DNA from: Paraphysomonas bandaiensis
Lineage: Eukaryota; Protista; Chrysophyceae
Reading direction: 5' to 3'
Assembly: GCA_965644295.1 (NCBI GenBank)
Contig: CBFFRP010000285.1
Location: 1 to 64,000, forward strand
Length of the DNA: 64,000 bases
A program made the translations under genes and the position numbers. Shown here one piece after another: positions 49,356-61,078 of the stretch (positions are counted from its first letter, which is position 1; every line of letters starts with the position of its first letter). The notes beneath the pieces are model-generated. The model was not told the DNA's origin. It saw only the letters and a program-made list of their open reading frames with translations, and did not search any database.

Positions 49356-50954
49356 CTATAGACATGAAGGATCCTTTGAACGAAGCCACTCCAGAACATC
49401 CAAATGTCTAAATCTAGCAGCATAAAAACAAGCCTGTTCATTCCATGGACATGGAGGGTCCTGCGAACGAAGCCACTTCAAAACATCCAAGTGCCCATAT
49501 CTAGCAGCACAATGGCAAGCCTGTTCATCCCATGGACATGGAGGGTCCTGTGAACGAAGCCATTTCAAAACATCCAAGCGTCCACTTGCAGCACAATGGC
49601 AAGTCTGTTCATCCCATGGACATGGAGGGTCCTGTGAACGAAGCCACTTCAAAACATCCAAGCGTCCACTTGCAGCAGCACAAGTCCGTTCATCCCATGG
49701 ACATGGAGGGTCCTGTGAACGAAGCCACTTCAAAACATCCAAGTGTCCATATCTAGCAGCAGCACTGCAAGTATCTTCATCCCATGGACATGGAGGGTCC
49801 TGTGAACGAAGCCACCTCAAAACATGCAAGTGTCCATCTTCTGCAGCAGCACTGCAAGTCCGTTCATCCCATGGACATGGAGGGTCCTGTACATGAAGCC
49901 ACTTCAGAATATCCAAGTGTCCACCCTCTGCAGCACAACGGCAAGTCGATTTATCCCATGGACATGGAGGGTCCTGTGAACGAAGCCACTTCAAAACATC
50001 CAAGCGTCCACTTGCAGCAGCACAAAAGCAAGTCTGGTCATCCCATGGACACGGAAAGTCCTGTGAACGAAGCCACTTCAGAACATCCAAATGTCCACTC
50101 TCTGCAGCAGCACTGCAAGTCTCTCCATCCCATGGACATGGGGGGTCCTGTGAACTAAGCCACTTCAAAACATCCAAATGTCCATATCTAGCAGCAGCAC
50201 TGCAAGTATCTCTATCCCATGGACATGGAGGGTCCTGTGAACGAAGCCACCTCAGTACATGCAAGTGTCCATCTTCTGCAGCAGCACTGCAAGTATCTTC
50301 ATTCCATGGACATGGAGGATTCTCTGAACGAAGCCACCTCAAAACGTCCAAATGTCCATATCTAGCAGCAGCACTGCAGGTATTTTTATCCCATGGACAC
50401 GGAGGGTTCATTGTACGAAGCCAAATCAGAACATCCAAGTGTCCACCATATGCAGCAGCACTGCAAGTATCTTCATTCCATGGACATGGAGGGTTCATTG
50501 TACGAAGCCACATCAGAACATCCAAGTGTCCACCATATGCAGCACAACGGCAAGTCCATTCATTCAATGGACATGGAGGGTCCTGTGAACGAAGCAACAT
50601 CTTAACCTGGCTACCCTCTACAGCAATAACATTCCGTTTATCCGATTGGTCTAGTGGTTCTTGTGAGGTCGTATCATTGTGAAGGACGGTATGTTGGAGA
50701 TGTATGAGCTGCTGTAGTCTGCCGTATAGTGCACATGTATTCATCAGTTTGACGTGTGGGCAGCCCATAGACAGAGCCCATGAGGCCATTGCGTTGGTCA
50801 TACAATAGTGAGATGCATGTGACTCTACTCTCCTCGTATCAGCCATATCGTGAAATCTCCTACAAGTCAATATCACTGGAAGGATAGCTGCGTGTGGGAT
50901 CATAGAGATGATGAGACGAATCACATCATCATTAAGAACAGATATATTCGACAT
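49356..50954 (-). CDS. F-box plus tandem 25-aa ankyrin-like repeat protein (intronless)
   Basis: F-box-like LNDDVIRLIISMI...VILTCRRFHDM; about 15 repeats of TCxxAAxxGHLDVLKWLRSQDPPCPWD (75-nt unit); further out-of-frame repeats continue to about 49241. Confidence 0.85.
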   Translation of the reverse strand: MSNISVLNDDVIRLIISMIPHAAILPVILTCRRFHDMADTRRVESHASHYCMTNAMASWALSMGCPHVKLMNTCALYGRLQQLIHLQHTVLHNDTTSQEPLDQSDKRNVIAVEGSQVKMLLRSQDPPCPLNEWTCRCAAYGGHLDVLMWLRTMNPPCPWNEDTCSAAAYGGHLDVLIWLRTMNPPCPWDKNTCSAAARYGHLDVLRWLRSENPPCPWNEDTCSAAAEDGHLHVLRWLRSQDPPCPWDRDTCSAAARYGHLDVLKWLSSQDPPCPWDGETCSAAAESGHLDVLKWLRSQDFPCPWDDQTCFCAAASGRLDVLKWLRSQDPPCPWDKSTCRCAAEGGHLDILKWLHVQDPPCPWDERTCSAAAEDGHLHVLRWLRSQDPPCPWDEDTCSAAARYGHLDVLKWLRSQDPPCPWDERTCAAASGRLDVLKWLRSQDPPCPWDEQTCHCAASGRLDVLKWLRSQDPPCPWDEQACHCAARYGHLDVLKWLRSQDPPCPWNEQACFYAARFRHLDVLEWLRSKDPSCL

Positions 50955-51080
50955 ATCAACACTGATAATATGAGGTTATGTGAGGCTGATAGTGTGGCAA
51001 TATAGCAGACGACAATGAGATGAGTTCATGTCTATACACACAGCTACTCTGTATGGAGAATACTGCTGCGTACAGAAATA

Positions 51081-51252
51081 CGTATGTATGTATGTATGTA
51101 TGTATGTATGTATGTATGTATGTATGTATGTATGTATGTATGTATGTATGTATGTATGTATGTATGTATGTATGTATGTATGTATGTATGTATGTATGTA
51201 TGTATGTATGTATGTATGTATGTATGTATGTATGTATGTATGTATGTATGTA
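51081..51252. repeat. (TATG)n microsatellite, about 170 bp
   Basis: Perfect array between the divergent F-box/ankyrin and CFAP73 genes. Confidence 0.98.
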
Positions 51253-51390
51253 GGTATGAAACGGCTCTGCATATCTGGAGTGTGTGATATTGTGCTTGTG
51301 TTTTGGGTTGTAATTTATGGTATGAGAGGGTGTATTTTGGGGAGGTACATCTTGAATCAAATATAAACAACAGAAGTAAAACACTGGAGA

Positions 51391-52479
51391 ATGATGCAAG
51401 ATACACAAGCTGAACAATATGGCCGTGGCGGCAGTGTGCCTCAAACCCTGATGATGGACCATATCACACCAGCCACAAGGCTGTTAGAGAAACGCCGCCA
51501 GATGTTTGAAGTGCAAGAGGTAACTATGAATATCACACTTGTCATTACATGTTTATATTTGTTGTGTTTTAAGGCTTTAAACTCACAAAATGAAGAGTTT
51601 TCACGTCGTGAAGATGCTTTTAGGCGACGTGAGGAGGGACTGCGACGAAAAGATATCGAACTGCAGGAATCACTGATTAAATTTAACAAGTTTTTACAAG
51701 AGAATGAGTCAAAACGGAATCGTGCTCTCAAGCGTGCTGCCGATGAAAGGAAACAGCGTGAACAGAAAGAAATAGAAATTAGACGCCTCGAACAACAGCT
51801 CAACGAACGAATGGTGGAAGAGCAAAATTTGAAGGCAGAAGTCGAGAAAAATATGAAATATCAGCTATACTTGGAAAGCGTTGTTATGCACCTATCAAAA
51901 GATTTTCCTGAAATATCTGATGTGTTGAACCGTTACAAGACTCTTAAGGATGTTAATATTTATCTCAATGAGAAGCAACTAGCGGATGACAAGCTCAACG
52001 AAAGCACACAAAGAGACTTCCTCTCATTCCGAAAAGAAAATGAAAACGAAATATTAAACTTTGGTAATGAGGTTGCTGAGCTTCAAGTGCGTTTGGAAAC
52101 GTGCAAGAATCGAACAATGCGTCTCCAGAATGAAATTGACCATTCTAACTCTGAAGCATCAGAGAAAGCGTTGGCCTTGGGTCAAATTTTGTCATCTGTC
52201 TCGAATATATTGGAAAGATGTGAACATTCATTTAGGTTGAGGCACAACAAGCCAATTGTTGAAAAATCTAACGAATTCCGGGACGGCTCTTCACTGGCTG
52301 AACAGTGTTCAAGAGCTATGTCTAAACTGGATGACATAGCCATGTTTATGATCGACTACAACGACATTCGTCATGAATACATGGCAGACACTGCCCATGC
52401 AGAGTCGTATTCACACAAGAAGTCAATGGGTGCTGGTCAGAGTGCGTATTCTGATATGAAAACTTCAACACTGGCTTGA
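51391..52479 (+). CDS. CFAP73: Cilia/flagella-associated coiled-coil protein CFAP73/CCDC42 (DUF4200)
   Basis: TPATRLLEKRRQMFEVQE/AL...EEFSRRE...LQESLIKFNKFLQENESKR.RA; one in-frame intron near 51521-51573. Confidence 0.85.
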   Translation: MMQDTQAEQYGRGGSVPQTLMMDHITPATRLLEKRRQMFEVQEVTMNITLVITCLYLLCFKALNSQNEEFSRREDAFRRREEGLRRKDIELQESLIKFNKFLQENESKRNRALKRAADERKQREQKEIEIRRLEQQLNERMVEEQNLKAEVEKNMKYQLYLESVVMHLSKDFPEISDVLNRYKTLKDVNIYLNEKQLADDKLNESTQRDFLSFRKENENEILNFGNEVAELQVRLETCKNRTMRLQNEIDHSNSEASEKALALGQILSSVSNILERCEHSFRLRHNKPIVEKSNEFRDGSSLAEQCSRAMSKLDDIAMFMIDYNDIRHEYMADTAHAESYSHKKSMGAGQSAYSDMKTSTLA

Positions 52480-53317
52480 GCCCCATAAAAATATATTTGT
52501 ACGTGCCAGCTTATGATATTTAGGAACTGTATACATCGAGTAGTGAAAAGTGTGTCCGTGTTATAAAAAATATACTCTTCGTTCTTATTATTTATCCCCA
52601 AAGAGTGATATACCAGATCTTGATTTAGGTTAAAGACGACACAAATATATTTGTGAACACTGTAGTCGAAGCATCGAAGCTGATTGTTATAATAGAGCTA
52701 CTTTTAAATATTTAGAACTACATAGTATAATGTTGGAGGCAGCTATATCATTGGATCTAGACAATATGGTGGTTGCTTATCTCAAAATTTGTAATACTCG
52801 TCTAAAAATAAATAGTTTAAACTGATCAGTTTCTAGATGAAAACCTAGTCACAAGTTATGCTCGCATATAGCGAGGCGATACAGAACGATGAGCACATAA
52901 CATACAACTGAATTAGTTCAGTACATGAATGGGGTATGTACCCATGTATTGTGGGGGTTTAACACCCACATGATTAAATTCGCTGGACTTGGTCGCGAGA
53001 CACTGCCTAATTCCCGTTTCATTGCCAACAGAGAGTTAGTAAGCCCCTCCAAAAGAACAGACTGCTTCTTTTATACTGCTAACACATGCACATGACCATA
53101 CGCATTGCACAAGAGTTGTACACCAGCATTCAGTATTGTCCAAACTGAAAACATTGTAATATATATATATATCGTAGAGTGTATTAATATATACATTAAT
53201 GCTATGTCTATATGACCAATGGGCTGACTTATAGGCTACAATCTAGCTCAGATGCGTGGAAGTACTACTCATAAATGATATAGTCTACTTAGGACAATTA
53301 AAGCATTTGTACCATTA

Positions 53318-54316
53318 TTATTCGTGCACAGGCGATGGCAAGATATCTGGCCACATCTTTGCTGGCGGTAATTTTCCAACCCAAGATAACTGCAGAGAGT
53401 AGTCATGCTTCACAGTTAAGTGTCCAAATGATACTTCACCATCGTCACACTCAATAGGCGAGGGTGGTACAATATGGTGTATTCCTCTGGAGTCAACAGC
53501 ATAACCGCCGTCGTGATCGTGACCGGATATGCAGGCCAGAACTGTGCCATGAGGGGCAGCATGAAGCTCTGACAAAACGCGCTCACAGTTCCATATAATA
53601 TTTTGCTCCTTGGAGGCCTCCACAAACAGTGGCATATGGCTGAAAATAATACACTTATCGCCGACACTTGAGGCAAATTCAAGTCTACTACGTAGCCACT
53701 CGACTTGTTTTTCACTAACACCTCCATTAAAGGGCACATAACGGTGGTTTTCTTCAGCCAAACCATCAAACCAATTACTCCTACCAGCGGCATAGTTATG
53801 ATTCTTTTGACAGATTAAGGCTTCAGCAGATTGCTGATGCTGCACTGTCGATGCGCCGATAGTGCTAACATCGTAGCCATCAAGCACTAAACACCGAAAT
53901 CCTTCCATCGGTACAAATTCATGATATAGACAAGACTTCGATGGTCGATGAGAAACAGTGCGAGGAATTAGTTTATCTTCGAGCTCTTCTCTGGTAAAGT
54001 TGTAATATTCATGATTCCCTAGTGTATAATACCATCGCTGCTGTGTACATACATCTAATACAGTATCCAGACAATCATGATGTATTCCTAAGGACTTCGC
54101 CTTACCATCTAGAATATCTCCTAGCATGATATTAAAGTTTGTCTGATTGGATGAGAAATACTGTGATGCATTCTTTAATATACTTAAACTCTGTCTAAAT
54201 CGACGTGTTTTAGTGCCTGCATAATTACTTCCATCCTCCACATCCATGTAGTGGAGATCTGTAATAATGCCAAAGGACAGTAATGCATCTTTATCTTCGC
54301 TGTGTATATTATTCAT
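53318..54316 (-). CDS. ADPRM: Mn-dependent ADP-ribose/CDP-alcohol diphosphatase (metallophosphoesterase)
   Basis: FGIITDLHY.D..DG, LGDILDG, LGNHE, FNGGVS..Q..WL, SHMP, GHDHDGG. Likely start is ATG 54316. Confidence 0.88.
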   Translation of the reverse strand: MNNIHSEDKDALLSFGIITDLHYMDVEDGSNYAGTKTRRFRQSLSILKNASQYFSSNQTNFNIMLGDILDGKAKSLGIHHDCLDTVLDVCTQQRWYYTLGNHEYYNFTREELEDKLIPRTVSHRPSKSCLYHEFVPMEGFRCLVLDGYDVSTIGASTVQHQQSAEALICQKNHNYAAGRSNWFDGLAEENHRYVPFNGGVSEKQVEWLRSRLEFASSVGDKCIIFSHMPLFVEASKEQNIIWNCERVLSELHAAPHGTVLACISGHDHDGGYAVDSRGIHHIVPPSPIECDDGEVSFGHLTVKHDYSLQLSWVGKLPPAKMWPDILPSPVHE

Positions 54317-54668
54317 GTTTATTGTGATGATGTTATTGGAGTGGTAATGTACAGAGGTGTCCCTATATATTATATGCCACATGCTACATATACGATATGC
54401 TGGACTACTTCGAAGCTGTGTCTTGTAATCAATGGAATTCCTACAGAGATTTCCTATAGTTTCTCTGTATCCCCAAGCATATACCGTAGTATACGTATGG
54501 TATACGTATATCACAGTACACGCACAGGAGTATGTAATGAAGCACTTCTATATATGACTTGAAGCATAATGTTGGAAGGCATTTCATACATATAAACAAA
54601 TGAAGTGTGACTTCTTATATTAAGTGAATATAAATTTAAACTTTAAACCCTTCGTATCAAATCAAAAT

Positions 54669-55915
54669 ATGAAACTAACATATTATTGGATCTTAGCCCC
54701 CCTTTTACTTCTACTTCTTGTGGTATATTACATCATGTCTTGTATACTATCTATAGAGTTTCCTATTGATACACACACACAGTTTACAGTCAGGTACTGT
54801 CATTTAACATCACCATTAGTCATATATATAACTATATCATTAGAGTAAATACATTTCGAAGAAATGATCTATTAGAAAAATTCTTAGCCCACTATACAAC
54901 ATGTGATGAGGTATATCAATCACACATATCATTCAATAACTCACTGTATGTATATATAAGATAAAGGAGATACAAGTCATATGGTCAGATCAAGAGAATA
55001 CTATCCCATCAACACTACAGAAACAATATTCCTCTGATAAAGTGAAATATGAACAACATGATACTGATAAATTGAGTAATAGATTTCGAAGTTTATTAAA
55101 TATCCCAACAGAGGTACGTGACACTATGTATGTATGTATATATGTATATATATTAACGGGTGTATTAGGGGGTATTATCTATTGATGATGATCTTCTAAT
55201 ATCTTGTAGAGAGTTAAGTCAAGCTCACAGTGTGTGGACGGCCAATAAGAGGTTTGAAAAGTAGTGCGGCGAATTTCAATCTGGTAATTCGATTAATTTT
55301 TGTAGAGCTTTGGTTGGTTTTTCACCAAGGATGAATGCATATGACCCTAATACTGGCGCGGACCGATACTTGAGATGGCAGCACACATGGTGGAACGGCG
55401 TCTATTCTATTATACTGACCAAGGCGTGCTTCCTACATAAGAATTTCTTAGAACAATTTTTTAAGGTCTGCTCTTTATATTTGATAAAAAGTTGTTCTAA
55501 TTTTTGCTTTCTCTGAAATAGGTTCTTCCCGAGGAAAGAATCAGAAAGATTGATGCGAATAGGAACTGTGAGGATATTGCCATGGCGTATGTAGTTGCTC
55601 GTGAGGTATGGGTTGATTGATGTTGCCTTCTAAAATTGAAACCTGATTCTTAGACTAATGCGCCTCCTGTGTGGGTGAGAGGTGTTGTTAATGAGGAAGC
55701 ATCAGAGGGGATTAGCACTGGAGTGTCGCACTTTATTGATCGGTACGCATCGCCGTCATGTATTCCTTTTTTTAACTTTGGCATACAGGTCGGATTGCTT
55801 GAGAGATCTACGAGAAATTGATAGCAAAAGGGTATGGATACCTTCATATCAGAAGGCCGAGTCGATATCCAGTGTGTTTGATTTGTTCAAGTTGTTCAGT
55901 GGTAGATACATGTAG
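54669..55915 (+). CDS. Glycosyltransferase family 64 (EXTL2-like), multi-exon
   Basis: N-terminal TM anchor; FTVR/VNTFRR..LL, IQVIW, LSNRF, VLSIDDD (DxD), LVGFSPR, YSIILTKACFLHK, RNCEDIAM. Confidence 0.85.
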
Positions 55916-55989
55916 CGGAGCCTGTTGGGGTGGTACCTTATAGTGTCAATTTATTACATGCTAATGAATATATTTGAATGCGTTTGACT

Positions 55990-56290
55990 GTATTGAGTAT
56001 TGAGCACATGTTACAGCTATATGTGGAGAGAAAGTCACCCTCCTCCTCTCCTCGTTTTTTTAAGTATGAGGTGATATGTTCGATGCGAGATTCAAGAAAA
56101 CTCCCATCCACGTTTGTGTCATGTTGTATTAGAATATACCTGGCTGCCATATATGCATCTAGCCAAATCTGTGGTGGCAACCTGACTGGATCAACATAGT
56201 TAGTGTCATTACCCCACTGAACTTTCTCTCCTCAATAGCGTTCATTTCTGGGGAGTCAGTTGAGCTTCACGTGTGTTGATAGCATCCTTG
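55990..56290 (-). pseudogene. Decayed Ty1/copia integrase fragment
   Basis: SPEMNAIEER...MLIQS..LPPQIWLDAYMAARYI resembles the copia PQQNGxAER...LPxxLWxEAxxxAxY motif. Confidence 0.55.
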
Positions 56291-56369
56291 AGACCTTAGA
56301 TACTATACCAGCCAGGGCGCTGGGCCAGCAGGGAGACCTGGACGTACCTGATGTGTACTGCTACATTAA

Positions 56370-59220
56370 CACATGCAGAATTGAGTCCAGAGGATATTAG
56401 GATACCGGACTCGTATGCCGAGGCGGAGAGGGAAAAATTTAATTTTGGCCCTTTTTGGCCCTCGGCCCGCTAGGGCCCTCGGCCCGCATTTGGCCCTCTA
56501 CTACAACTAACAATAATAACAATAATTCTTAATTAAAAACACACACAACACACACTACAACCACAAGCAACAATAACGCACAAAGCAAAGGGCAGTATTA
56601 CGCACAAAGCAAAGGGTCAAATTTAGCAAGAGTTATTAATATCTTAAGCAAGAGCAACTTTATACCAAAACATTTTTCGGAGCTGGGGGCTCCCCACGCT
56701 TCGACTCTACGAGCCGGCGTCCACTGCCCCCAGGCCCCCGCCCCTAAACAACGCCGGGGCCGGCCCCACCGGCCCTATTCCGGCGTTTGGCGCCGGTCTG
56801 AGCCCTGCCGGCGGCAACACAGCATGTCTCAATCTCCTCGGTGAAAGCACAGTCTTCGGCTGTCACTGTAGACTCCTTGCCACATCCAGTGTATTTCACT
56901 ATCTCCTCAATTGAAATACAATCATCAGTGGGTACATCGACAACATATCCATTCTGCAGTCGGCACTGCTCGCGATAGCCAACGATGGACCCCTCGTAAA
57001 ATCCAACTCTCACCACCTCGTACATGCACCCATCCTCAGGATCATAGTGGCTCTTCCCAATCAAAAACTTGTATTGGTTGAGCTGCGCAAACTTAGTCCT
57101 TTGGACTGACCTGTCCATTTCAAATGCAGCGTAGTCCTCTGGCAATGTGAATTGCTGGAATGGCAGATGTTTCGGCCGGGATGCATGACCCCTGAGAATT
57201 TTGTTTCGAAGTTCGACGTATTCTTGACTTAGCTTCCGAATAGTACTCACATATAACACCACGGAAGGATGCGCAGTGGGAAAAGCCTCGTTCAGCTTTC
57301 TGTTAAACCTTTCCAGTGGATTGTTGGTTCTATTAATCAAGCGGGATGTTGATGACTCGTCTGTTACAATGCCATGCACATTCCAATCATTAGGATCGGA
57401 TCCAGTTACAGGCTTGCCCTCAAAGTTCCGTTTGATAGCATTCATCAGACCCTTCTCGAAATCCACTGAGCCATTGATGATCTCCATCATGAAATCTGTT
57501 GAGGCCTTACTCAAATAAAGAGCCATGGAATACACTTCTTCAAACTTCGATTGCAGCAATATATAAAATACAGGAATGTATAGGGACGAGGCGTAGTCAT
57601 ATATCATAATTACTAGACACTGAGAAAATCCCTTTGGCACACATTTAAAAGTACAGTCTATAAACAGATGGACCGGACCACCCTTTACAATATTGATTAA
57701 ATCAGGATGTGCAAAGCCAATTATCTTCTGCATCTGATTGCTAACATTGATTGAAGTATTGAACTGTAAAAATAGTCTCTCGTCGTCATCAGCACAGTTC
57801 ACAAGCGGATACGACGATATAATTCCTTCCCAATCATTGAACTCTAAACGTCTACACTGATACACCAAAGCTTTGAGTTTCGACGTTTCGAGATATCTAT
57901 ATGGCATTCCTACCGAAATAAGCAAAAGAAAATGAAGTGAAAACAGCAAAAAGAAAAAAATATCAATTTTCTCACCGAGCTGCTTATATTTCGCTCGCGT
58001 TGTTTCCGCAACTTCATTTGCAATCGCAATGGAGGACTTCGAAACATCTTTCAACGCCATTGCTTCACAAAGTTGTTTCATTTCACCACTTGCGTCATAT
58101 ACACCTTTACAAAACGACGACCTCTCCTTGGAATTATCATCAGATGTTGGTGAATCTGAAGGCAATATAAAGATGGCGGCACCACATTTGTGCTCCTCTT
58201 TCCCCTTTGAAATTATCAGTTTTTCATCAGATTCTTCTGCTTGCTCGTGAACAAGAATTGTCAATTTAGCTGGACAGCCACATGTTCTTCCTTTCCGGTG
58301 TTTTGAGCACCGATAATAACCCTTCAAATTTCCTAAATATATGGATCAGTGGCTTACTGATAGAGAATATATTATACCGAACCATCTTGAAGCCTCTTCC
58401 TCTGCTTGATAGTGTATCTGAAACCTTCCCACTGAAAAGTTGTAGGGAGATCATCGCTATTACAACTATCTTTTCTCCCTGATTCTTCTGAATTAGAATC
58501 ATGCATTATTAATCGCCTGCTTGATGACAAAATTATTAATGAATTTGTATTAAGTTTTCAAAAAGTCGAAATTAAAAACTAATCACATTAGTTTTTTCAA
58601 AACTCGAAATCTTTAAAAGACAATAACTGAAATAATATAACAAATCAAAATCTTCAGGAGGCAAAAACTGAAAAAAATTAATTTTAGAGGGCCCGCGGGG
58701 GGCCGCGGGCCCGCGAGGGCCGAGGGCCCTGGCGGGCCGCAAAAAAACCTTATCGCGGAGAGATCTCCACAGTACGAAAAATGGAGACAAGCTTCGAAGG
58801 TCGAGAAGTCTTCACTGCGAAAAAAAGACGTGTCTTAAATACTAAACATAGTGCGAACGTGCGAACTCCAAGAGGAGTGATATGGGTAAGAGAAAAGTAT
58901 GTGGACACGGTGAATGGTGAAGAGGGATATTTTAGGAAACATGGTTAAGTATAAGGCGCGGCTGGTAGCATTAAGAAATCTACAAGAGAGAACGGAGGAG
59001 GAGCTGACCAACTTTGCTCCAGTGGTGAAAGGGATAACCATTACACTGGTACTAGCGATTGCATTTATGTTGCATATGCATGTGCACCAGTTGGACGTAT
59101 CATCAGCATTTTGCTATGCCGAGCTTGAAGAAGATATGTATATGACCCCCACACCAGATGAGGACTTGCCAGCAGGGTGGTGTTTTTAATTCATGAAGGC
59201 ATTATATGGATTGATGATAG
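56370..59220 (+). pseudogene. Decayed Ty1/copia reverse transcriptase fragment, split by a MULE insertion
   Basis: Removing 56431-58762 restores IPDSYAEAERSPQYEKWRQA, followed by KYKARLVA, FAPV, HQLDVSSAF, LEEDMYM and KALYGL, with stop codons. Confidence 0.85.
56431..58754 (-). mobile_element. Mutator-like (MULE) DNA transposon with transposase ORF 56744-58327
   Basis: 8-bp TSD GCGGAGAG at 56423-56430 and 58755-58762; imperfect GGCCC-rich TIRs; zinc finger YYRCSKH..CGCPA..HKC; MULE core FIDCTFK..P..F.Q, DFEKGLMNA, RTNNPLERFNRKLN. Confidence 0.9.
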
Positions 59221-59481
59221 TGTCCTGTTTATGGTCTATTGTGCCTTAAAAAAACGGGGCCCTCCCCCTTAAGCTAAAACATGTATTAAATAGTGTCGAC
59301 TATCATATTTGCAAGTTCTACTCCATATGTAACACATAAAAGTTATTTCATGAAACAATTAAAAAAGTCCGAACTGCTCGCCTACTTTTTTGTAGCGTAT
59401 ACAGTACAAAACTTATATCTTCGCACAAAAAATGTAATAATTTTTACCATAAACAACATCATCCTCCATATTATTCCTAAA

Positions 59482-60865
59482 CTAGTACACCAAGTAGAAA
59501 TTTTCTTCCACAGATATTGACTTAAACTGGTCCAAATTCTGTGGCCTTTTCTCCATAACGGCTACTACCTTTTCTTTTATTTCGCCTTAAAATGATTCGA
59601 TTAAAGAAACTTCAAAATACAAAACAAAATCCATACCAATTAATTTCCCAAAATCTGCCCTGACTGAGTTTCGCTCAACCCATATATGATCTAAATAAAA
59701 GAAACATATACAGAACAGCTAATGCATGTTAGTAACTGGAGAATCAATATGGTAGCTAAGCCCTACCTCATAAAATGCTTTTTTGTCTTGAAACATGTCG
59801 TAGTATCCCGAAGAAATTTTCTCTGACTGCTGGTATCTGAGAATACGGAGAAATCAGCAAGCATCAACAACAATAAACAATTACTTCTTCTCTCTGATGC
59901 CCAGTATCTCGCACAAAAGCAAAGTTAAGTTGATGCCGACAACAGCGAACGGGTAGTGTGTCTTGATGTTCTCTTTTTGTGTGCGCAACATCCGCTGTGT
60001 TTCTGTTGGGTACGTCTCGCCCAGGTATCGCATTGTTCTAAGTGCAAGGATACCGGTACTCTTAAGATCCACTACCGGGTCAGGCTTTTGCCATCCCGCC
60101 TCCCGCCACTTGGGGGACTCACGCTCAAAAGGGTAGCCTGCACAGTTCCATCAAAATGAGTAAAAGAAGGACAACGAACGTACCTGGGAACAACGCTTGC
60201 CAGAGGTCTTCTAAAAGTAATACGTGTTTATGAACGGAATCATCAAACGACGTTGATAACAAAGAGTGAAGCTTGCCCAAATTGTCTGCCGGGGTCAACA
60301 GTTGTACACCGAAGTGTGACGCCGTTGACTTCACAGAACTCCACAAACTGGCAGCATTTTTCGTGACACTATCAAGTGAAATGTTGTGAATGCCCTTGGC
60401 AATGTCCAGAGCGGTAGTAGCTGCAAGTGTAATAGGGTCTACCTCACCACTAACAGATGCCGCCTGGATGGATCGCCGATCAGGTCGGTTCTCGTGATCT
60501 AACCGAGTCTCACAGAGCACGCGCTCCACCTCTTGCATATATTCAGTGTTGCCGTCACCCTGTGCGCAATCACCACCTTCCCCATCATTGGGCAAGCAAA
60601 TCACCAGCGCTTGGATATCGATAATCCCATTAACAGACCAGATTGCCTCATTCTCATCACTGATATCAAACCACACATGTCCTCCAGTGACTTCACTGAC
60701 TGGAAAATCTTTCGCTTTACGCTTTACACGAAAATGAAACACTCCTTCAAAAGGAAATATTCTTCTTATATCGTTGAGTGTGATAGGCTCTTGTGCAAGA
60801 CATGATGTCGCTGTTCCTTTATGTGACTCATCACCATGAAGGATAAAGTTAATCTGAGTGGTCAT
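59482..60865 (-). CDS. ELMO/CED-12 (ELMOD-type) domain protein with an N-terminal DIX-like domain; multi-exon
   Basis: DIX-like ITLNDIRRIFPFEGVFHFRVK...VWFDI; ELMO LEDLW..., WREAGWQKPDPVVDLKSTGILAL, YPFAVVGINLT, FYE/LFC...LDHIW. Stop TAG at 59482. Confidence 0.82.
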
Positions 60866-61021
60866 ATACAGTTATTAATAATATAATACAGTTGTCTGAT
60901 ACAAAGGTATATGATACACAAAGATGTGGATTGATTGAAATGTGACTATGTGCTCTGCAGTAATAAAGTGTCGCAGATGGGATGAGCTACAGAAGTACAT
61001 TATATATCTACCACCATCTGC

Positions 61022-61022
<1 letters not shown>

Positions 61023-61078
<56 letters not shown>

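Noticed and set aside
49241-50600. CRISPR-like regularly spaced repeats
   Set aside because: They are in-frame 75-nt protein-coding tandem repeats with no unique spacers and no cas genes, in a eukaryotic context.
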